The notes under the pieces: generated by a model
Told to the model about the DNA's origin: nothing
Database searches by the model: none
The model's input: only the letters and a program-made list of their open reading frames with translations
Shown: positions 54,141 through 64,000 of the stretch, one piece after another
How positions within the stretch are numbered: position 1 is the stretch's first letter
Layout: each line of letters begins with the position of its first letter
Program-made: the position numbers and the translations under genes
DNA from: Epiperipatus broadwayi
Lineage: Eukaryota; Animalia; Onychophora
Length of the DNA: 64,000 bases
Direction of reading: 5' to 3'
Assembly: GCA_028023455.1 (NCBI GenBank)
Contig: JAQFVV010000009.1
Coordinates: forward strand, 12,524,001 to 12,588,000

Positions 54141-54431
54141 ATAAACAAGGCAAAATTCTCCATACAGTAATGCCATCCTGTGTCAACCAGAGTAATCAGT
54201 GGATGCCAGAAGGCTTGTGCATAAAATCCATATATAATGCCTACTCATCCAATATCCCCAGACTAGTTTCTGGAAGCTCATTGACGAAGGCCACAAGCCA
54301 GAAACTAGTCTGGGGATATTGGATGAATAGGCATTAGATAGGGATTTTATGCACAAGCCTTCTGGCATTTCATTGATTACTCTGGCTGGCACAGGGTGGC
54401 ACTACTGCATGGACAGTTTTGCCTTGTTTAT
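54141..54431. repeat. Long palindrome HP3
   Basis: Arms of ~133 bp (54141-54273 and 54298-54431) with a 24-nt loop. The inner 71 bp have 3 mismatches. Possible TA flanks. Confidence 0.92.
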
Positions 54432-55191
54432 TACAAACTAATTAATACCTGTTTAAAATAGTATGCTATCTCATGCAATGGAATGCATAAACTCAAACCA
54501 TTCACAGGCATTTAACAAATGCCTAACAAAATATAAAATAGGTCCGAATTTTAAAACTAAAAAAAATAGATGGCTTTCTCCCACACTTCTGAAATATCTC
54601 CCTGCATTTTGATAATGATCAATGCAAGTACAATTTGATGTATTAATTACATAAAATAAAATTACAGATCACATACATGTGGACAGTACATTGAATATAA
54701 AATTCACTACTGGTGGGTTTTACTTAAAATAAATTTGCAAAACATATTTCAATGATTATGTAAGGATTTAATTTATAGTTAACGAGGGTAGGTGAGTACA
54801 GGCATTAAAGCTTTGCCTGTCATTTAAATAGTAAACAATATTACATGAAATAATTTTATCAAACCAAGCAAGTTTTTATAATAATTAACTTTCAAGCAAA
54901 ATTTATATTAACAATTCAATAGGAGAAAATCACGAGCAATAGAGTTTAAACTTACTTGCTAGGTTGGATACCAACTTGGCATGTTAAGAATAGATCAAAA
55001 TAACAACTAAAGCATAATAAATTTCAATCTAGATTGCCACACCAAAATTAACATAAAATTAATACAGCTTTAAATTAAATTGTATAGACATTAGTTAACA
55101 TTTTACAGAATAGCTTTGAAGAAATAAATAACAGAAAGCTTACAAATATAGTTTTAAAAAAGAGTTCACTAGTTGACTGCAATGCAGACGT

Positions 55192-55257
55192 TTATCTTGG
55201 CCAACTTGTTGACGCGAAGCAGGTGGTCGGTGGATCATGATCATATACTATTTTTTT
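55192..55257 (-). CDS. Candidate alternative last exon (KKIVYDHDPPTTCFASTSWPR*)
   Basis: Acceptor aatgtctttccag|. GC- and CpG-rich, coding-like composition against an AT-rich background. Confidence 0.45.
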   Translation of the reverse strand, partial: KKIVYDHDPPTTCFASTSWPR

Positions 55258-55272
55258 CTGGAAAGACATTGG

Positions 55273-55377
55273 TCAATAATTAAAATTCACATTCAGGCAA
55301 GCATTCTCTTCAAACAGTTCATTTAATTTGGGTCCAATTGGTTCGGGCTTCGGCATCAAGAGGGGAAGACAAGAGAC
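55273..55377 (-). CDS. Candidate alternative last exon (phase 0 VSCLPLLMPKPEPIGPKLNELFEENACLNVNFNY*; phase 1 gives GLLSSPLDAEARTNWTQIK*)
   Basis: Acceptor tttgcttccccatgcctctag|. GC-rich and CpG-retaining. The true frame is unresolved. Confidence 0.45.
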   Translation of the reverse strand, partial: VSCLPLLMPKPEPIGPKLNELFEENACLNVNFNY

Positions 55378-58300
55378 CTAGAGGCATGGGGAAGCAAACG
55401 ATTGTTTCCTTTACTCTGACACAATTTAGTTCATAAATTAAATTAGCATGGATTATGTTTGCACTCTAACATAAAATTTAGACAAAATATATAATAATGA
55501 CCAAAATTTCAGCTATTTATACATAATGTGAATATCTAAAGAATGCTGTTATTGGTACTTTGAAGCAAAATAGTTTATTCACCTCACATCATATCTAGAA
55601 AATAGGACATGATCTTATGTTTCCATTACATTTTTTAGATGTTAAATCTGATTAAATTTTCCCCAAGCCATTATCTCAAACTCAGTATACTTGGTTGTAG
55701 ATTTTAAATTGATCCACATTTCCATATATGGAAATGGAAAGACCGATCAATCAACCAAGTGAAATTTAATTAAATAATCTTTTGTTCCTATAAAATTTTA
55801 TACATTTATTTAAAATGAGACATTGACCGCCAAAACCACAAGATTTAATGATTACATTGTGTGACTATTTTTCCTACACACATACCCATACACGAATTAA
55901 ATGGGCAAAAGAAACCAAATCTCTTGATAATTTACTAAATAGATATCTATTTAATTTCCCATAAAATATTTAAATTTTAGTAGAGATCCATCTAGATCCA
56001 CATACCCATATATATAGATGATATCACTTTTTGCTAGATGCTGGTGCTAACTACATAGATAAGTTGGATTCAAACCCATGCTGGTGGTTATCTAATTAGC
56101 AACAGGTGAAGCACAAATATATATAACAATATTTACAGCTTCAATATATAACAAAAGACAGAGAAAAGACATGTAACTTTTTATCTATTTTGAACCTTCA
56201 CATAAAAGACTTGTAATCTTATTATGAAAAATCTTAATTTTCATCTTTATAATTTTCAAGTCATCTACTTTAACCAAGTAAGCACTTTGTTTCTAGTCTG
56301 TAATATTTTTTTTTTCTCTGTAAACAAAATGTTTCTTAAAATTTTAACTTTAGCTTTCTAAATCTTTACTTTAAAAAATTAAGTTATTGCTTAAGTAAAA
56401 TAAAATCAGCAATTTAGAATAATTACAAAAAATCTTATTTTATCATAAATTTTAAAAAAAAGTTAATTTCTTTAAAATAAATTTATTTAAAAGAAAAGAT
56501 ATGTACCTAAAGTGGTTTAAATAAAAATTAGATTTATTCATTATAAATTTAAAATAAATTAGATTTTAGTTATTAAATAAATATCCATATAATATCAACT
56601 CTATGTCACATTCATATATATGTATACCCAAATATTTTGCTGCGTATGTGCATATATTACTCATGTTTAAACTTATTAATCCATAAAGATGCTTGATTAT
56701 GGCTTAACAAATCAATACATTAATCTGTTTTTTCCAAACATTTTTCTTTATTCTATTTTCTACTATATCTGTTCTTTACTTCCACTAGACAATCTCATAT
56801 ACTATAAAATGTCATTTCACTCTTAATATATTGTGATGAGAATTAAGTAGGTGTGGATATTGAAACAGTTAGATCTAGCGACCTGTCTGTTTCACCTATT
56901 ATATTCTATAATAGCGTATTTCGTTTCACTCAGATTGCGTATATTTCTTTTATTTAAAACTTTGAGTGTGCTTGTAATATTGCTTAGTATGTGCGTGTAT
57001 AATCGCCTTGTTAACTATAATATGAAAATGCAGTCAAATATTTATATACGCACATATTCCTTTACGTTTGTTAAAACTGAAGTAAACATAGCAGTGTGTA
57101 GTTAGAATTTATGTATATAACAAAATAATAAGTTTAAATTTATAAAATTATTCATTTAAGTTTTAATATTCATTTTAAATAATTTTCAAGTTTTATTGTT
57201 TGTTTAAAATTACACAAGCTGTAATTTGTTTACGAGTTTTAACATTTCGTCTAAAAATAATCTTTTGACTGAAAATTGACTTTGTTTAAAATTATAGTCA
57301 AAAAACAAATTAGAAAATTCAGTCAGGCATGAATTCATACTAAGTGCAATCGGGAAACCCAAGGGAATAGAGCTTTTAACTCAAGATTTGGCTGTGGCAA
57401 ATATTAAAAACGAAGTGGAAATTTAGTTAAAGGCAAAGTTCGAACCAGTAAACAAGTGACCTTGCAAAAGTAAAAGGGGGAGGGAAATACTGTCAAAAAT
57501 AGAATATAAAAAAAGCCTGTAGTAGCCAAAAAAAATTTGTTGTTGCTGATACACATTTTCTGAAAAACAAGTGCCGAAAAATAATTAAAAAGCTGTTCCT
57601 GCATTACTTTGACCAAGCTGAATTCTACTAAGCCATTACCAAAGCAGTTAAAATGAGAACTATGGGCTAGTGGGCGATAGGACTTTAGTCATCTATCTCT
57701 CGTGGAAAACTGCTACAGAATGGAAGAAAACATCAACCTCAACCCGAGCCCAGTGATGAAGAAGCTACACCTGAAATACTGGAGAGTTCTTGACCAGAGT
57801 GATAGAGGAAAGCCGCCACCGAAGTAAATTTACAAAGCTGCATCCAGATTTAAACCTAGAAAAACCACAGCCGATTTAATAGAGAGAAGACGCACAGTAA
57901 AGAATGCCTTGAAAGACTTATTACCAAGTATTACTGGTAAACCATTCTGCAGAATACGTTAATTTCATTACTAAACCAATTCTAAATTAAAAGCTAGCTA
58001 ACTAATCGAGTCTCATATTTAATTACTGTATATTATTTAAATGTTAAACTAAACTATTTATATTAAATTTGCTTTAAAACTTAGAGCACTCTCAAAATTC
58101 TTGCTTGATCATAAATATTTTAAGTAATCATAAATATTTAGGTTCCATAAAACTATTCAAACAAATTCTTCATTTCTAAATTATAACTTTATTGATCGTT
58201 TTCTGCAATTTGTTCTTATGCCATCTATATTTAGTTTTAAATTTCATGTTTATTAATTTATGCTATGTTCATAAGAACGAAGTTTTGTGGGGTTTAATAA

Positions 58301-58433
58301 TTATTGGAGGGACGATTAAGCACCTTTCCATTCTATTAGAATATTATAATATAAAAAAATATAGGCAAAACTCCCTTCTGAAATCAAACTATTATTTATG
58401 CTAGAGTGAATCAGTTATTTATAATGCACAAAA

Positions 58434-58595
58434 TAAGTTATTTAAAATGCTTATTTTGCGTAAGTTATTTAAAATGAGTATTTGCGTAAGTTATTTAAAA
58501 TGTATATTTTGCATACGCTATTTAAAATGAGTATTTGCGTGTTATTTTTAAAAAGCAATCTTTTGCTTAAGTTATTTAAATATCAATATTTACTT
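58434..58595. repeat. Minisatellite, ~6 units of 26-27 bp
   Basis: Approximate consensus taagttatttaaaatgagtatttgcg. Confidence 0.85.
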
Positions 58596-58830
58596 AATAT
58601 TAGTCGTGAGTTATACAGCATATAAGTAATATTTTAAATCTTAGTAAATCCTTAATTTTGCTGTAACTGTCCTTAATTAGAGATTAAGCTATATCGATAT
58701 CCTCAAATCAGATTCTTATTATTACCTTGTAATATGACTAAGTAATACTATTTATGAACTGACCAATGGTAGTGGCGCCGATAGAAGCTAAGATTTGGAG
58801 TAATTAATTTAAGAAATATTAAATTAGTGT

Positions 58831-59764
58831 GGTGAATGTGTTGCTAGTTAATATAAATATGCATAACTCTTCTTGCTATATCTATAATGGCATACATCAG
58901 CATCGTTTCCATGTCAAGTCATGCCTCAAAAGTTTAGGCAATTGTGACATTTATCTATTTGAAGGAACCAAAGCGTTCCAAGGGCTCGTTAAGCTGCTGT
59001 TCCATTCACTTGAATAAGAGGACCTCTACATATTATAGTAAGTAGCTCGGTCTGGGGAACCAATTACTAGGTAATGAACCTCAATTAAGAACACATTCGA
59101 GACGCATATATTCTGATACTATAGAATCTGACATTAGACTGCCTAACATCGGTTCAGCCTCCAATAGAAATTAACATCAGCTTTGATCCAATTCGGAATC
59201 TGAATTAATGCGTTTATCTGTGTAGCAATTATATATAATATCATGCAAATATCATTATAAGTTAGGTTTAAACTTAGTAAATCATGGCATGGATTGGGAC
59301 ATGAAAGATGGTATAAGCATATTAAAGTCCTAAACTAATTAACATTTTGTAACCCTAAAATTCACTCACCTGCGCATGAGCAAATATAATTTGTTTATCG
59401 TTTGTTGATAATCACATAAAGCATTTTGTAAATTTAAGCATTCACTCACCTATATATATAATTTGTGTTAGCCTGTACTGACTATTCATTAATATTCTTT
59501 GTGAAACTAAATATCCACTCACCTGCGTGTGACCACTATATAATTTGCTTTATTATATTATTTGTAACACTTGAGTATTTATTCACCTGTGTGTTAGCTA
59601 TCTGTACATAATTATTTGCTCTATAACTTATTGTTACATTAAATTTATAAAATATAAATTTGTCGGTCTCCATTCTTGCTCATTACTTTCATGTTTTACT
59701 GCTTTGCTATTGCTGGAACATGAATAGAGAGCTATCAAGTGTAACCTCAGGTATGTCATTCACA
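58831..59764. mobile_element. Probable solo LTR with internal CACTCACCTG repeats
   Basis: Near-inverted termini ((g)gtgaatg...cattcaca) and LTR-like internal repeats. The TSD is ambiguous. Confidence 0.4.
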
Positions 59765-60239
59765 ATGGGCTGACTTGAAAGCATGGGTAAGAGAGTTGAG
59801 GTATGATCAGACATAGGATATTACTATCCCAACTTGGCCAGCTTTGGTTCTTTGGCTCGGACTCTCGGTCTGTTGAGCAAATGTACAAACCTGACCCTTA
59901 CAATATATCAATAACCTAATTATTATTTCTAAATGCTTAAATTGCCTATAATGCAATAATATAGCTTCTATGAGATAATTATCAACTACAAAAATAAATA
60001 CAATGATGATTCAAACCTTCAGGCATTGATGACTAAATATATTTATTTATCGTAGATACTGCTTCATTGTATAAGTCCTTCTAGCATTCATCCACAGAAT
60101 TTAAACTTATAAGGACATTCTCTCTGAAACTTATGACATAAATATATAAATTATTGGGAGGGGGGTAACAATATAATTAAATTTTTAGATTCTTTTATTT
60201 CTTATTTATCCCACTTATAAATGATTTTCCAGAAAGTCG

Positions 60240-61935
60240 CTGTGTTTACTTCAAATAATAATAGTAATAATAATATCACCATCTTTCAGACGAAGTCAAT
60301 TCATCACACAAGGATCTCCCCTCAGTGCTTTGTTCTTCACACTATATATAAACTCTCTATTAATAGAGATACAGAAAAAATAAAAGGTATTCAAATATCA
60401 AAAACTGCTTTAAATATATCATGCATAGCTTATATGGGCGATGTAACCATTTTCCTTCCTTCTAAAAAGAATCTCCCCATACTACAAGAGATAATCAAGA
60501 ATTATACTTCAAACTTTAACTTAAAAATTAATACAAATAAAAATGTTGCATGGTAAATATACACAGGCAAGTACTGTACAGAGATGTTTAATGGCAAACC
60601 GTCTGCTTTCCTTGGTTTTCCATTCTACCTTGGCACCAATGGAATAAGGCAAAAAATTCAAAATAAATTAAAGAAAGATGCTGAAAAAATCACAACCTCA
60701 TTTGAAAAGTTATACCTGTCAATATACATGAAAGTAGAACTATATAATCAACTTATAATTACAAAAATTACCTACTACACACCTATAATCAAATTTGCAA
60801 AAACATTCATATCTAAAATCTCATCAATCTGTAATAAACTAATATGGAAGAAAAAGACAGTGGCGATCTCTAAAAAACCTGAGCAGACTGCCATTTAGCA
60901 ATGGACTCAGACTCCATACAATTAATGTTTTTTACACACATAAATCCATTAACAGCCACCGTAAAAAGATTTCCAGACCTGGAGTGTGTGATCAATATAA
61001 CACCCACAGACAGACCACCCCCTTCATATGGATATCTATCCACACTGATTGAAGAACTCAAGCCAATATATAACAAAATATCACTCAATAATGACAAACA
61101 AGTATACATATTGGCACATTTATAATATCCTAAACCCAAACCAGACACCTCATCTATATCTATCAGCTTTTGGGATAGAAAACAGGCAACTACTGTAACA
61201 ATTCAGAAAGTGGTCATTAGAAACAAAATTATTTGATTTTCTGCTTAAATTTAATCTAAATACTCTACCCACAACACATTTCCTTAGATTTCATAGATTT
61301 TATACAAATATAGACCCCGTTTGTGGACTATGTCATAGAGAAGAAGAGACACAAGATCATTTCCTTCATTCCTGCACTGTACTGGAAACAATACGTCATG
61401 CAATGTTTACTACATACAAAAATGCTAATATTTCAATTGATGAAATAATAAATACATTTAAAAAAGGCAACATCCCTGCTATTCATGCAGCAACATACAA
61501 CCTTTATGCCTACTGGTGTTCCAGATGCACCTTTACTCTTGCTAACAATCCTTGATACCACCCAGCAACATACTCAATAAAAATTGTTCAGAAAAAGAGA
61601 CAGCATCCTACCTCAACCAGAAGTGTTTGCAGCCATATGGTGACACTTGAAACCAAGATCCAGTCTATGAAATATAAGTTGAATATGATAGATGGTGACA
61701 CTTTCAATATCAGCAATTTTCAACTTTAAAGAGATGCAAGCATAAACTGAACTAAATAAAAAGTCACATTCTAAAACAAACAAAAAAGTATGCAGAAATA
61801 AAAATGTCTTATATACTGAAAATATGTCTTAATTGGTCTCCTTGCATAGTTGTAATTTGTTTTGCAATTGTAACAGAAATCAATATATTACTAGATGTGA
61901 CTCTGTAACCTTTTAGACTCAATAAAGTTTTGCTT
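60240..61935 (+). mobile_element. Truncated L1/Tx1-clade LINE (RT + zf-RVT C-terminus + 3' UTR)
   Basis: ITQGSPLSALFFTLYIN, IAYMGDVTIFL (decayed YADD), FLGFPF, then CGLCHREEETQDHFLHSC and YWCSRC. AATAAA near 61921. Confidence 0.85.
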
Positions 61936-62007
61936 TGAAGCATCATCATCATTATAATAATAATAATAACAATAACAACAGCAATAATAATAATAATAAT
62001 AATAATA

Positions 62008-62855
62008 ATTCAATTCATTTATTTACCGTATAATAATAATAATTCAATTCATTTATTTACCGTACAAAACTACAGCATAAAGCCAATGACAGTATTGCAC
62101 CATAACAAATATATAAATACATAAATGAGTTTAAATGACAAATTATTAATATAATTATGTGCCATATTTCAATAAAAGATAATTAACACATTTAAAAATC
62201 GAAAGTAAAATTAAATATCAGCATATAAACAATTATTATTCAGACATTAATAGTAACAAATAAATAAAAGGGATAAATATAAAGCACATAACAAAATAAA
62301 AATAAAAAAACAATTTAATATATATATATATAAACAAAATCAAGTTAAACCAATCAAATCTGACATTTAAATTTAATAACATTACAAAATTGATTATAAT
62401 CTAAATTGAAGTAATTAATATTACTACAAATCTGATTATATAAAGATGGTAGCCTAAACAAAGGAAAAAAATCTAAGAACATTGGAATAACAAGTTTTAA
62501 TGTAACAAATAGAAGCAGACCGAGTATCATGCAAATGAGATCTAATTATAACAGTAGAAATTGTATTAGATAAAATAACTATTTTATTAACAAGTTTATA
62601 AAGATATTTAATATCTCTATATTGTCTTCTAGAAGAAAGATGAACAACAGTTTTATTTCCCAAAGAAACATATTTAGAAAACTTATTATACACTGATTGT
62701 AATAAATTACATCTCTGTTTAGAGCTAGGATTCCAAATGACTGAACAATATTCAATGATGGCAAGAACCAATGATAAAAATAATTTAAATTTTGTATCAC
62801 CACTGAAATGATAACGAAACTTTAGAATATTACTTATAATTTTTAAAGCCTTACC
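62008..62855 (-). mobile_element. CR1-clade (T1/Q-like) LINE 3' fragment
   Basis: SLVLAIIEYCSVIWNPS...LSSRRQYRDIKYLYKLVN. The 3' end taaataaatgaattgaatt runs into an (ATT)n tail and is locally duplicated (62008-62064). Confidence 0.88.

Positions 62856-64000
<1,145 letters not shown>

Noticed and set aside
41950-56090. Scattered B-box-like motifs (~41970, ~47700, ~48110, ~56070) as tRNAs
   Set aside because: No cloverleaf or A box. At most they are SINE relics.
42335-58595. Minisatellites and the CACTCACCTG array as CRISPR-like arrays
   Set aside because: The units are diverged tandem copies without unique spacers, and the context is eukaryotic with no cas genes.

Overview
Very AT-rich eukaryotic (metazoan, probably invertebrate) DNA that is mostly intronic or intergenic. 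I found no complete protein-coding gene, rRNA, tRNA or CRISPR array. The window is dominated by decayed transposable elements. LINEs: a near full-length RTE and a truncated copy, two L1/Tx1 relics and two CR1 (T1/Q-like) fragments joined by (AAT)88. LTR elements: a Ty3/gypsy pol relic with its 3' LTR, a possible gag relic and three probable solo LTRs. DNA elements: two hAT MITEs with perfect 8-bp TSDs and a GG-ended TIR element carrying TTAGGG repeats. There is also a Penelope-like end with a crippled hammerhead ribozyme. Five long, short-loop palindromes (63-205 bp arms) occur. An unclassified ~2-kb repeat is present twice with reciprocal filled and empty insertion sites, plus a partial third copy. 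A CpG-retaining stretch at 52.5-55.4 kb holds a cluster of minus-strand splice acceptors followed by short phase-0 frames, possibly alternative last exons of a gene lying to the right. Other isolated exon candidates suggest a minus-strand host gene that I cannot name. All alignments and counts were done by eye.
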